DNA of 64,000 nt from NCBI RefSeq assembly GCF_000006765.1, contig NC_002516.2. One strand, written 5' to 3'. This document shows, piece after piece, positions 51,488 to 61,620 of this stretch. This DNA comes from Pseudomonas aeruginosa PAO1 (GTDB lineage Bacteria; Pseudomonadota; Gammaproteobacteria; Pseudomonadales; Pseudomonadaceae). The notes under the pieces are model-generated. The model saw nothing but the letters and a program-made list of their open reading frames with translations. It was not told where the DNA came from and ran no database searches. Every line of letters begins with the position of its first letter. The first letter of the stretch is position 1. The translations under genes and the position numbers were made by a program.

Positions 51488-52237
51488 ATGGACAAGATGC
51501 TGTACGTCTCCATGAGCGGGGCCAGCCAGAACACCCTGGCGATGCGTGCTCATGCCAACAACCTGGCGAACATCTCGACCAGCGGCTTTCGTCGCGACTT
51601 CGAGCAGGCGCGTTCGATGCAGGTGTTCGGCGACAGCTTCCCGGCGCGGGTATTCGCCATGAGCGAGCGGCCCGGTACCGATTTCAGCCATGGCAGCCTC
51701 CAGGAAACCGGCAACGAGCTGGACATCGCCATCGACGGCGACGGCTTCGTCGCGGTCCAGGCGCCGGATGGCAGCGAGGCCTACGTGCGTACCGCCGGCA
51801 TGCATATCGACGCCCTCGGCATGCTGCGCACCGGCGACGGCTTGCCGGTGCTCGGCAACGGTGGGCCGATCGCCGTGCCGCCGGAGGAAAAGGTGGAGAT
51901 CGGCCAGGACGGCACCATCAGCATCCGCGCCCTTGGCGAGAACCCCAACGTGGTCGCCGTGGTGGACCGGATCAAACTGGTCAACCCGAACCTGAAGCAG
52001 ATGGAGAAGGGTACCGACGGCCTGCTGCACTACAAGCCGCAGCCGGGCGAGCAGGCGCCGCTGGCCGACGCCAACGTGAAGGTGGTCTCCGGTTTCCTGG
52101 AAAGCAGCAACGTGAACGCGGTGGAAGAGATGACCGCGATCCTCTCGCTGTCCCGTCAATTCGAGCTGCACGTGAAGATGATGCGCACCGCCGAGGACGA
52201 TTCGGCGGCCATGGCGCGGGTTTTGCAAATCAGCTAA
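51488..52237 (+). CDS. flgF: Basal-body rod protein FlgF, 249 aa
   Basis: GGAGG RBS; ANNLANISTSGFR; LESSNVNAVEEM. Confidence 0.96.
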   Translation: MDKMLYVSMSGASQNTLAMRAHANNLANISTSGFRRDFEQARSMQVFGDSFPARVFAMSERPGTDFSHGSLQETGNELDIAIDGDGFVAVQAPDGSEAYVRTAGMHIDALGMLRTGDGLPVLGNGGPIAVPPEEKVEIGQDGTISIRALGENPNVVAVVDRIKLVNPNLKQMEKGTDGLLHYKPQPGEQAPLADANVKVVSGFLESSNVNAVEEMTAILSLSRQFELHVKMMRTAEDDSAAMARVLQIS

Positions 52238-52283
52238 TCACTTGAGCGTGGTGCCATAAAACCGGCACCCGAGGAGCACGACG

Positions 52284-53069
52284 ATGTTATCGGCACTGTG
52301 GGTCAGCAAGACCGGTCTGTCCGCCCAGGACATGAACCTGACCACCATTTCCAACAACCTGGCCAACGTATCCACCACCGGCTTCAAGCGCGACCGCGCG
52401 GAGTTCCAGGACCTGCTGTACCAGATCCGGCGCCAGCCGGGCGGCCAGTCGACCCAGGACAGCGAGCTGCCTTCGGGCCTGCAATTGGGTACCGGTGTGC
52501 GCGTCGTCGGCACCCAGAAGATCTTCACCCCGGGCAGCCTGCAGACCACCGAGCAGCCGCTGGACATGGCGGTCAACGGGCGCGGCTTCTTCCAGGTCCT
52601 GCTGCCGGACGGCACCGTGTCCTACACCCGCGACGGCAGCTTCCACCTGAACTCCGACGGGCAGATCGTCACCTCCAACGGCTTCGCCCTGGAGCCAGCG
52701 ATCGTGGTGCCCAACGAGACCCAGACCTTCACCGTCGGCCAGGACGGCACCGTCTCGGTGACCACCACCGGCAACGCCCAGCCGCAGGTGATCGGCAACA
52801 TCCAGACCGCCGACTTCATCAACCCGGCCGGCCTGCAGGCCATCGGCAACAACCTGTTCCTGGAAACCGGCTCCAGCGGCGCGCCCCAGGTCGGTACGCC
52901 GGGTCTCAACGGCCTCGGCACGGTTGCCCAGAACACCCTGGAAAACTCCAACGTCAACGTGGTCGAGGAACTGGTGAACATGATCACCACCCAGCGCGCC
53001 TACGAGATGAACTCCAAGGTCATCTCCACCGCCGACCAGATGTTGTCCTTCGTCACCCAGAATCTTTGA
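52284..53069 (+). CDS. flgG: Distal rod protein FlgG
   Basis: SNNLANVSTTGFKR; YTRDGSF; LENSNVNVVEEL. Confidence 0.97.
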   Translation: MLSALWVSKTGLSAQDMNLTTISNNLANVSTTGFKRDRAEFQDLLYQIRRQPGGQSTQDSELPSGLQLGTGVRVVGTQKIFTPGSLQTTEQPLDMAVNGRGFFQVLLPDGTVSYTRDGSFHLNSDGQIVTSNGFALEPAIVVPNETQTFTVGQDGTVSVTTTGNAQPQVIGNIQTADFINPAGLQAIGNNLFLETGSSGAPQVGTPGLNGLGTVAQNTLENSNVNVVEELVNMITTQRAYEMNSKVISTADQMLSFVTQNL

Positions 53070-53114
53070 CGGGCCCTGACCGGGCCCTGGCTGTACGCCG
53101 CGAGGTAGCTTGAT

Positions 53115-53810
53115 ATGAACCGGCTGATGATCGTCTCCCTGCTTGGCATCGCCACCGCCCTGGGCGGTTGCGTCAATCCACCGCCGAAGCCGAACGATCC
53201 GTACTACGCGCCGGTGCTGCCGCGCACCCCGCTGCCCGCCGCGCAGAACAACGGCGCGATCTACCAGGCCGGTTTCGAGCAGAACCTCTACGACGACCGC
53301 AAGGCCTTCCGCGTGGGCGACATCATCACCATCACCCTCAACGAGAAGACCCAGGCGAGCAAGAAAGCCAACTCCGATATCCAGAAGGACAGCAAGACCA
53401 AGATGGGGCTGACCTCGCTGTTCGGCAGCGGCATGACCACCAACAACCCGATCGGCGGCGGCGACCTCAGCCTCAGCGCCGAATACGGCGGCTCGCGCGA
53501 CGCCAAGGGCGATAGCCAGGCGGGGCAGAGCAACAGCCTGACCGGTTCGATCACCGTGACCGTGGCCGAGGTGCTGCCCAACGGCATCCTCTCCGTGCGC
53601 GGCGAGAAGTGGATGACCCTGAACACCGGCAACGAGCTGGTGCGCATCGCCGGCCTGGTCCGCGCCGACGATATCGCCACCGACAACACCGTGTCCTCGA
53701 CCCGCGTGGCCGACGCCCGGATCACCTATTCCGGCACCGGCGCCTTCGCCGATGCCAGTCAGCCGGGCTGGCTGGACCGCTTCTTCCTCAGCCCGCTGTG
53801 GCCGTTCTGA
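53115..53810 (+). CDS. flgH: L-ring lipoprotein FlgH
   Basis: Lipobox LGGC; VGDIITI; [11 protein letters not shown]. Confidence 0.96.
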
Positions 53811-53821
53811 GGACGCTCGCG

Positions 53822-54931
53822 ATGACCAAGTTCAAGCACCTGCTGGCCCTCGCCGCGCTGCTCCTGGCCGCCGGCGCGGCCCAGGCCGAGCGGTTGAAGG
53901 ATATCGCCAGCATCCAGGGCGTGCGGACCAACCAGTTGATCGGCTATGGCCTGGTGGTCGGCCTGAGCGGCAGCGGCGACCAGACCACGCAGACGCCGTT
54001 CACCCTGCAGACCTTCAACAACATGCTGGCGCAGTTCGGCATCAAGGTGCCGGCCAACGTCGGCAACGTGCAGTTGAAGAACGTCGCCGCGGTATCGGTG
54101 CATGCCGACCTGCCGCCGTTCGCCAAGCCGGGCCAGCCGATCGACGTCACCGTGTCGTCCATCGGCAACGCCAAGAGCCTGCGCGGCGGCAGCCTGCTGA
54201 TGACTCCGCTGAAAGGTATCGACGGCCAGGTCTACGCGGTCGCCCAGGGCAACCTGGTGGTCGGCGGCTTCGACGCCGAAGGCCGCGACGGCTCGAAGAT
54301 CACCGTCAACGTACCGTCCGCCGGACGTATCCCGGCCGGCGCCACCGTCGAACGCGCGGTGCCGAGCGGCTTCGACCAGGGCAACAGCCTGACGCTGAAC
54401 CTCAACCGCCCGGACTTCACCACTGCCAAGCGCATCGTCGACCGCATCAACGAACTGCTCGGTCCGGGCGTCGCCCATGCGGTGGACGGCGGCTCGGTGC
54501 GGGTCAGCGCGCCGCTCGACCCGAACCAGCGGGTCGACTACCTGTCGATCCTGGAGAACCTCGACGTGCAGCCGGGCGAGGCGGTGGCCAAGGTCATCAT
54601 CAATTCGCGCACCGGCACCATCGTCATCGGCCAGAACGTCAAGGTATCGCCGGCCGCCGTCACCCACGGCAGCCTGACCGTGAGCATCACCGAGGACCCG
54701 ATCGTCAGCCAGCCCGGTGCCTTCTCCAACGGCCAGACCGCGGTGGTGCCGCGCTCGCGGGTGAACGCCGAGGAGGAGACCAAGCCGATGTTCAAGTTCG
54801 GTCCCGGCACCACCCTGGACGACATCGTCCGCGCGGTGAACCAGGTCGGCGCCGCGCCGAGCGACCTGATGGCGATCCTCGAAGCCCTGAAGCAGGCCGG
54901 CGCGTTGCAGGCCGACCTGATCGTGATTTGA
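53822..54931 (+). CDS. flgI: P-ring protein FlgI, 369 aa
   Basis: [21 protein letters not shown]; [12 protein letters not shown]. Confidence 0.97.
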
Positions 54932-54941
54932 GGACGACGCC

Positions 54942-56144
54942 ATGGATTCCCGTTTGCTCAGCGGTATCGGCGCAGGCCCCGACAGCGGCTCCTATACCGA
55001 TCTCAACCGCCTCAACCAGCTCAAGGTCGGCAAGGACCGCGACGGCGAGGCGAACATCCGCAAGGTCGCCCAGGAATTCGAATCGCTGTTCCTCAACGAG
55101 ATGCTCAAATCCATGCGTTCGGCCAACGAAGCGCTGGGCGACGGCAATTTCATGAACAGCCAGACCACCAAGCAGTACCAGGACATGTACGACCAGCAAC
55201 TGTCGGTGAGCCTGTCGAAGAATGCCGGCGGCATCGGCCTGGCCGACGTGCTGGTGCGCCAGTTGTCGAAGATGAAGCAAGGCTCCAGGGGCAACGGCGA
55301 AAACCCGTTCGCCCGGGTCGCCGAGAACGGCGCCGGTCGCTGGCCGAGCAACCCCAGCGCGCAGGCCGGCAAGGCCCTGCCGATGCCGGAAGCCGGTCGC
55401 GACGACTCGAAGCTGCTCAACCAGAGGCGCCTGGCGCTGCCGGGCAAGCTGGCCGAGCGCATGCTCGCCGGCATCGTTCCCTCCGCCTCGCCGGCCGCCA
55501 GCCAGATGCAGAGCCTGGGCCAGGACAGCTACCTGCCGGCGCAGAGCTACCCGGCGGCGAGCCGCCGCGGTTTCTCCACCGATGGCGTCGACAGCCAGGG
55601 CAGCCGGCGCATCGCCCAGCCGCCGCTGGCCAGGGGCAAGTCGATGTTCGCCTCGGCCGACGAGTTCATCGCCACCATGCTGCCGATGGCCCAGAAGGCC
55701 GCCGAGCGGATCGGCGTCGATGCCCGCTACCTGGTGGCCCAGGCCGCGCTGGAGACCGGCTGGGGCAAATCGATCATCCGCCAGCAGGATGGCGGCAGCA
55801 GCCACAACCTGTTCGGCATCAAGACCGGCAGCCGCTGGGATGGTGCCTCGGCGCGCGCTCTCACCACCGAATACGAAGGCGGCAAGGCGGTCAAGGAAAT
55901 CGCGGCGTTCCGCTCCTACTCGTCGTTCGAGCAGAGCTTCCACGACTACGTCAGCTTCCTCCAGGGCAACGACCGCTACCAGAACGCCCTGGACAGCGCC
56001 GCCAACCCCGAGCGCTTCATGCAGGAACTGCAGCGCGCCGGCTACGCCACCGATCCGCAGTACGCCCGCAAGGTGGCGCAGATCGCCAGACAGATGCAGA
56101 CCTACCAGGCCGTCGCCGCCGCCGGCACGCCGCCTCTGGGTTGA
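54942..56144 (+). CDS. flgJ: Rod cap/peptidoglycan hydrolase FlgJ
   Basis: AQEFESLF..MLKSMR; AQAALETGWG; NLFGIK; GYATDP.Y. Confidence 0.96.
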   Translation: MDSRLLSGIGAGPDSGSYTDLNRLNQLKVGKDRDGEANIRKVAQEFESLFLNEMLKSMRSANEALGDGNFMNSQTTKQYQDMYDQQLSVSLSKNAGGIGLADVLVRQLSKMKQGSRGNGENPFARVAENGAGRWPSNPSAQAGKALPMPEAGRDDSKLLNQRRLALPGKLAERMLAGIVPSASPAASQMQSLGQDSYLPAQSYPAASRRGFSTDGVDSQGSRRIAQPPLARGKSMFASADEFIATMLPMAQKAAERIGVDARYLVAQAALETGWGKSIIRQQDGGSSHNLFGIKTGSRWDGASARALTTEYEGGKAVKEIAAFRSYSSFEQSFHDYVSFLQGNDRYQNALDSAANPERFMQELQRAGYATDPQYARKVAQIARQMQTYQAVAAAGTPPLG

Positions 56145-56162
56145 GCAAGGAGGAACTGACCC

Positions 56163-58214
56163 ATGTCCGACCTACTCTCGATAGGCCTGTCCGGCCTCGG
56201 CACCAGCCAGACCTGGCTGACTGTCACCGGGCACAACATCACCAACGTCAAGACGCCGGGCTACAGCCGCCAGGATGCCATCCAGCAGACCCGGATCCCG
56301 CAGTTCAGCGGTGCCGGCTACATGGGCTCGGGCAGCCAGATCGTCGACGTGCGCCGCCTGGCCAGCGACTTCCTCACCGGCCAGTTGCGCAACGCCACCA
56401 GCCAGAACAGCGAGCTGAACGCTTTCCTGGGCCAGATCGACCAGCTCAACTCGCTGCTGGCGGATAACACCACCGGGGTCAGCCCGGCGATGCAGCGTTT
56501 CTTTTCCGCCTTGCAGACCGCTGCGCAGAACCCGTCCTCGACCGAGGCGCGCGAGGCGGTGCTGGCCCAGGCGCAGGGCCTGAGCAAGACCTTCAATACC
56601 CTCTACGACCAACTGGACAAGCAGAACAGCCTGATCAACCAGCAGTTGGGTGCCCTGACCTCGCAGGTGAACAATCTCAGCCAGAGCGTGGCCGAGTACA
56701 ACGATGCCATCGCCAAGGCGAAATCCGCCGGGGCCGTGCCCAACGATCTGCTGGACGCGCGCGACGAAGCGGTGCGCAAGCTCTCCGAGATGGTCGGCGT
56801 GACCGCGGTCACCCAGGACGACAACAGCGTCAGCCTGTTCATCGGCAGCGGCCAGCCGCTGGTGGTGGGCAATACCGTTTCGACGCTGAGCGTGGTGCCG
56901 GGGCTGGACGACCCGACCCGCTACCAGGTGCAGCTCACGCTTGGCGACTCCACGCAAAACGTGACCCGGTTGGTCTCCGGCGGGCAGATGGGCGGCCTGC
57001 TGGCGTATCGCGATACCGTCCTGGATAGCTCCTACAACAAGCTCGGCCAACTTGCGCTGACCTTCGCCGATACCGTCAACAAGCAACTGGGGCAGGGCCT
57101 AGACCTGGCGGGCAAGGCCGGCGCCAACCTGTTCGGCGACATCAACGATCCGGACATCACGGCGCTCCGGGTCTTGGCGAAGAACGGCAACACCGGCAAT
57201 GTCCACGCCAACCTGAACATCACCGATACCAGCAAGCTGAATTCCAGCGATTTCCGCCTGGACTTCGACGGCACCAATTTCACCGCGCGGCGCCTGGGCG
57301 ACGACGCAAGCATGCAGGTCACGGTCAGCGGTACCGGTCCCTACACCCTCTCGTTCAAGGATGCCAACGGCGTCGACCAGGGCTTCAGCGTGACCCTCGA
57401 CCAACTGCCGGCCGCGGGCGACCGCTTCACCCTGCAGCCGACCCGGCGCGGCGCCAGCGATATCGAGACGACCCTGAAGAACGCTTCGCAACTGGCTTTC
57501 GCCGGGTCCGCTCGCGCCGAGGCGACCACCAACAACCGCGGCAGCGGCGCCATCGGCCAGCCGAACCTGGTCGACGGACCGTCGCCGATCGATCCGGCGG
57601 TTCTGCAGAACGCCTTCGGCGCCAATGGTCTGCCTCTGAGCGCGACGGTCAGCGCGGATGGCAAGACCTACACCATGACCTCGCCGCTGCCGGCCGGTTG
57701 GAGTTATGTCGACAAGGACGGCAACGCGCTGCCCGGCAGTCCGACGCTGAACAGCGGTACCAGCAACAGCGTGCGCATGGCCTATACCGATCCGGGCAGC
57801 GGCCAGACCTATACCTACGAGTTCAACCTGTCCAACGTGCCGCAGACCGGCGACAGTTTCACCCTGAGCTTCAACAAGGACGGCATTGCGGACAACCGCA
57901 ACGCCCTCAACCTGAATGCCTTGCAGACCAAGCCGACGGTGGGCGGTACCGACAGCACGGGGTCTACCTACAACGACGCCTACGGTGGCCTGGTGGAGCG
58001 GGTCGGCACCCTGACCGCCCAGGCGCGCGCCAGCGCCGACGCCTCGCAGACCGTGCTCAAGCAGGCGCAGGACAGCCGCGACTCGCTGTCCGGGGTGAGC
58101 CTCGACGAAGAGGCGGCCAACCTGATCCAGTTCCAGCAGTACTACAGCGCGTCGGCCCAGGTCATTCAAGTTGCCCGCTCGCTGTTCGATACCCTGATAG
58201 GCGCGTTCCGCTGA
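56163..58214 (+). CDS. flgK: Hook-associated protein 1 FlgK
   Basis: HNITNVKTPGYSRQ; SGVSLDEEAANLIQFQQ.Y.ASA. Confidence 0.96.
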   Translation: MSDLLSIGLSGLGTSQTWLTVTGHNITNVKTPGYSRQDAIQQTRIPQFSGAGYMGSGSQIVDVRRLASDFLTGQLRNATSQNSELNAFLGQIDQLNSLLADNTTGVSPAMQRFFSALQTAAQNPSSTEAREAVLAQAQGLSKTFNTLYDQLDKQNSLINQQLGALTSQVNNLSQSVAEYNDAIAKAKSAGAVPNDLLDARDEAVRKLSEMVGVTAVTQDDNSVSLFIGSGQPLVVGNTVSTLSVVPGLDDPTRYQVQLTLGDSTQNVTRLVSGGQMGGLLAYRDTVLDSSYNKLGQLALTFADTVNKQLGQGLDLAGKAGANLFGDINDPDITALRVLAKNGNTGNVHANLNITDTSKLNSSDFRLDFDGTNFTARRLGDDASMQVTVSGTGPYTLSFKDANGVDQGFSVTLDQLPAAGDRFTLQPTRRGASDIETTLKNASQLAFAGSARAEATTNNRGSGAIGQPNLVDGPSPIDPAVLQNAFGANGLPLSATVSADGKTYTMTSPLPAGWSYVDKDGNALPGSPTLNSGTSNSVRMAYTDPGSGQTYTYEFNLSNVPQTGDSFTLSFNKDGIADNRNALNLNALQTKPTVGGTDSTGSTYNDAYGGLVERVGTLTAQARASADASQTVLKQAQDSRDSLSGVSLDEEAANLIQFQQYYSASAQVIQVARSLFDTLIGAFR

Positions 58215-58239
58215 GCGCCTTAACCGAGAGACCGCCGTC

Positions 58240-59559
58240 ATGCGCATTTCAACGATCCAGGCTTTCAACAACTCGGTCAGTGGCATCTCCCGCAACTATG
58301 CCGACCTGACGCGCACCCAGGCCGAAATCAGTGCCGGCAAGCGCCTGCTGACCCCGGCCGACGACCCGGTCGGCGCCGTCCGGCTGCTTCAGCTGAACCA
58401 GGAGCAGGCGCTCAACAGTCAATACAAGTCGGGCATCACGGCAGCGAAGAACAGCCTGCAGCAGGAGGAGACCATCCTCAATTCGGTCGGCACGGTCATC
58501 CATCGTATCCGCGAGATCGCCGTGCAGGCCGGCAACGGCGGCCTCGACGCCTCGGACAAGAACGCGCTGGCCACCGAACTGGCGCAGCGCGAGGACGAAC
58601 TGCTGAACCTGCTCAACAGCCGCGACGCCAGCGGCAAGTACCTGTTCTCCGGCAGCCAGGGCGATACCCAGCCGTTCGTTCGCAACCCGGACGGTACCTA
58701 CTCCTACAACGGCGACGAAGGCCAGCGAGAGGTACAGATCGCCAGCAGCACCTTCATTGCCATCAGCGACAACGGCAAGATCCTTTTCGAAAGCGGCAGC
58801 AACGCCAACCGGGTCTCCACCGGCAAGGACGCCGCAGGCCCGGACGCCAGCGGCAACCCCAGCGACAGCAGCATCTCCCTGGGCCTGGTGACGGACAAGG
58901 AAGCCTACGACACGGTGTTCCCGTCGAGCACGCCACCGCTGGCCAGCGATGGCGTCGGCATCCACTTCACCGACGCCAAGAACTACGTGGTCTACGACCT
59001 CAAGACGATCCCGCCGGGCTACGACTGGAGCACCAGCGACCCCAACCCGCCGAGCTTCGCCACGCTCGCCAGCGGCAAGATCGACGACAACGCCCAGACC
59101 AGCGACTTCATCACCTTCGGCGGCGTCAAGGTACAGATCGACGGCGAGCCGCAGGGCGGCGACACCTTCAGTATCAAGCGCCAGCCGGACCAGGAAAAGC
59201 GCAGCTTGCTCAATACCGTGTCGGACTTGCGCAAGGCCCTGCTCAGCGCCGAGGACACGCCGGCTGGAAACCTGGCTATCCGCGACGCGGTGGGGGTGGC
59301 GATCTCCAACCTGGACTCTTCGAACTCGCAGATCCTCACGGGCCAGGGACGCATCGGCGCGCGGATGAACGTCGCCGAATCGACGGAAACCTTCATCGAC
59401 GACGTGACCCTGGTGAATACCGCCGTGATCTCGCAGATCCAGGATCTGGACTACCCTGAAGCGCTGTCACGGCTGACCCTGCAATCCACCATCATGGATG
59501 CGGCGCAGCAGAGTTTCGTCAAGATTCGCGGCTTGAGCCTGTTCAACTACCTGAGTTAA
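58240..59559 (+). CDS. flgL: Hook-associated protein 3 FlgL
   Basis: MRIST; PADDP; LLNSRDASGKYLFSG; LSLFNYL. Confidence 0.96.
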   Translation: MRISTIQAFNNSVSGISRNYADLTRTQAEISAGKRLLTPADDPVGAVRLLQLNQEQALNSQYKSGITAAKNSLQQEETILNSVGTVIHRIREIAVQAGNGGLDASDKNALATELAQREDELLNLLNSRDASGKYLFSGSQGDTQPFVRNPDGTYSYNGDEGQREVQIASSTFIAISDNGKILFESGSNANRVSTGKDAAGPDASGNPSDSSISLGLVTDKEAYDTVFPSSTPPLASDGVGIHFTDAKNYVVYDLKTIPPGYDWSTSDPNPPSFATLASGKIDDNAQTSDFITFGGVKVQIDGEPQGGDTFSIKRQPDQEKRSLLNTVSDLRKALLSAEDTPAGNLAIRDAVGVAISNLDSSNSQILTGQGRIGARMNVAESTETFIDDVTLVNTAVISQIQDLDYPEALSRLTLQSTIMDAAQQSFVKIRGLSLFNYLS

Positions 59560-59613
59560 GCGGATGACAAGCGATAGCCCTGTAGGGGCGCGGAGTCGAC
59601 AGCAGGCTACGGA

Positions 59614-60375
59614 ATGACCGACAAACAACGGATAAAGGGCAGGCCTGTCGCTATCGACTACGAAAGCACGCTGGCTTTCTTCGAAGGTCGGGCCGCCCGC
59701 GAATATCGCAATGCCCTGAGTTCGACGATGTATCAGGACCAGCAGCCGGAACTGGTCGAGGAGCGCGATCGGCGCGAGAAACTGCGCGTCGCTCCGGGAC
59801 TCGCCCTCGGTATGGCCCGGCGGGTCCTCGACATCGGCTGCGGTATCGGGCGCTGGGGCTGGCTGCTGGCCGAGGAAGCGCCGCAGGCCGATTACCTGGG
59901 CATCGACTTCTCCGCCGCGCTGGTGGAGAAAGCCTGCGACGAGGCACGGCAGCGCGGCTACGAGCGGCTGCTTTTCCAGCGGATGTCGGCGACCGACATC
60001 CGTCCCGCCGAGCTGGCGCTCAGTCCTCCCTACGACCTGCTGCTGGTCTCGGGACTACTCATCTATCTCAACGACAGCGACTGCCAGGAACTGTTGCGCC
60101 AGGCGCTGCAGCTGTGCGCACCGGGCGGGCGGATCTACCTGCGCGAACCGGTAGCCGTGGAACAGCGCCTGACCCTGGATCGCTTCTTTTCGAAGGAACT
60201 TGAACACGAGTATTCGGCGGTCTATCGCACCGTCGCCGAACTCAAGGACATGCTCGTACAGGCCGGCGGAGGGGAAGGGCCTGCGATTCTCGAAGAGGAC
60301 TGCCTGTTCGCCGAAGCGCTGGAAAAGCGTGTGGAGACCCGCCAGTACTTCATGATCCTGCAGCGACGGGGATGA
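59614..60375 (+). CDS. SAM-dependent methyltransferase of the flagellin glycosylation island (PA1088)
   Basis: VLDIGCGIG motif I; YDLL; PGGRIYLRE. Confidence 0.9.
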   Translation: MTDKQRIKGRPVAIDYESTLAFFEGRAAREYRNALSSTMYQDQQPELVEERDRREKLRVAPGLALGMARRVLDIGCGIGRWGWLLAEEAPQADYLGIDFSAALVEKACDEARQRGYERLLFQRMSATDIRPAELALSPPYDLLLVSGLLIYLNDSDCQELLRQALQLCAPGGRIYLREPVAVEQRLTLDRFFSKELEHEYSAVYRTVAELKDMLVQAGGGEGPAILEEDCLFAEALEKRVETRQYFMILQRRG

Positions 60376-60379
60376 CTCT

Positions 60380-60982
60380 GTGCGCACTGCCTACTGCTTC
60401 GACCTGGATGGAACCCTGACCCGTCAGGAACTGTTGCCGCTGATCGCGTCGTCCGTCGGTCTCGAAGACGAGATCGAGGTGCTGACCCAGGCCACCATCG
60501 ACGGTTTCCTGCCGTTCGACAAATCCTTCAAGCTGCGTGTCCGCTTGCTGCGCGACGCGAACCTGGAGTGGATCCACAGCGCCCTGCGTCAGCAGGTGGA
60601 GCTGGACCCGCATATCCAGGCGTTCATTTCCGCGCGCCCTCGGCAATGCTTCGTCGTGACCGGCAACCTGGACCTCTGGGTCGAGCCGGTGCTCGAACGC
60701 CTCGGAGTGCGCAGCTTCACCTCGCGGGCGCGGATGCGCGACGGACGTCTGGAGGGAGTCGAGGAGATCCTCCACAAGGGCGATGCGGTGACCTCCCTGC
60801 GCGGCGAGTTCGAGCGCATCGTCGCCGTCGGCGAAGGGATGAACGACGTGCCGATGTTCGAGGCCGCCGATCTGCGCGTGGCCTACGGCGGAGTGCATGT
60901 GCCGAACCGGGTGCTGACCGGCCTGAGCGATTTCGTGGTCCATGAAGGAGAAGCCCTGTGTCGCCTATTGAACATGCTGTGA
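60380..60982 (+). CDS. HAD-family phosphoserine phosphatase-like enzyme (PA1089)
   Basis: FDLDGT, VTG, K and GEGMND HAD motifs. Confidence 0.9.
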   Translation: MRTAYCFDLDGTLTRQELLPLIASSVGLEDEIEVLTQATIDGFLPFDKSFKLRVRLLRDANLEWIHSALRQQVELDPHIQAFISARPRQCFVVTGNLDLWVEPVLERLGVRSFTSRARMRDGRLEGVEEILHKGDAVTSLRGEFERIVAVGEGMNDVPMFEAADLRVAYGGVHVPNRVLTGLSDFVVHEGEALCRLLNML

Positions 60983-61620
60983 TCAGCGCGGCGGGCATCG
61001 GCTCTCGTCTGGGACTGAACAAACCCAAGTGCCTGGTCGAGGTTGGTGGCAAGACGCTGCTGGCCCAGCACCTCGAGCGCCTAGCGGAGATCCCGAACGT
61101 CTGGGTCGTGGTGGGGTTCCAGGAGGAACTGGTCATCGAGCAGGTGCGCAACCTGCGCAGGGACGCGATCATCGTGCGCAACCCCGATTTCGACCGAACC
61201 AATACCTTGCAGAGTATCCACCGGGTTTCGCGTTATCTCGACCGGCGCTTCCTCGCCGTGGATGGCGACACCTTCATCGAGAATCGCTCGTTCGAACGCT
61301 TTCTCCGCGCCGCCGCCGGGCAGGCGGGCCTGATCGGCGTCTCGCGCTACACCACCAGCGATGGCGTGCGCGTTCTGCTGGATGCGGGTGGCGAGGCGGT
61401 CACCGCTTTCACCCGCGAGCCGCAGCACGCCTACGAATGGACGGGTATCGCGATTCTCCGGCCGGACATGGTGGTGGACCGGCCGATATACGTGTACCAG
61501 GCGCTCGAACCGTACCTGCCGCTGCCCGCGCAGGAACTCGACGCCTTCGACATCGATACCGCCAGCGACCTGGATATGGCGCGGCGCGTGCACCTGAATA
61601 ACTGGAACCTGAATGATTGA
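60958..61620 (+). CDS. Nucleotidyltransferase, LicC/cytidylyltransferase-like (PA1090)
   Basis: AAGIGSRL..KPKCL; DGD; DIDT..DL. Confidence 0.9.
   Translation: MSPIEHAVISAAGIGSRLGLNKPKCLVEVGGKTLLAQHLERLAEIPNVWVVVGFQEELVIEQVRNLRRDAIIVRNPDFDRTNTLQSIHRVSRYLDRRFLAVDGDTFIENRSFERFLRAAAGQAGLIGVSRYTTSDGVRVLLDAGGEAVTAFTREPQHAYEWTGIAILRPDMVVDRPIYVYQALEPYLPLPAQELDAFDIDTASDLDMARRVHLNNWNLND

Noticed and set aside
53069-53090. Short direct repeat CGGGCCCTG x2 between flgG and flgH
   Set aside because: Too short and GC-rich to exceed chance; no structure or function implied.
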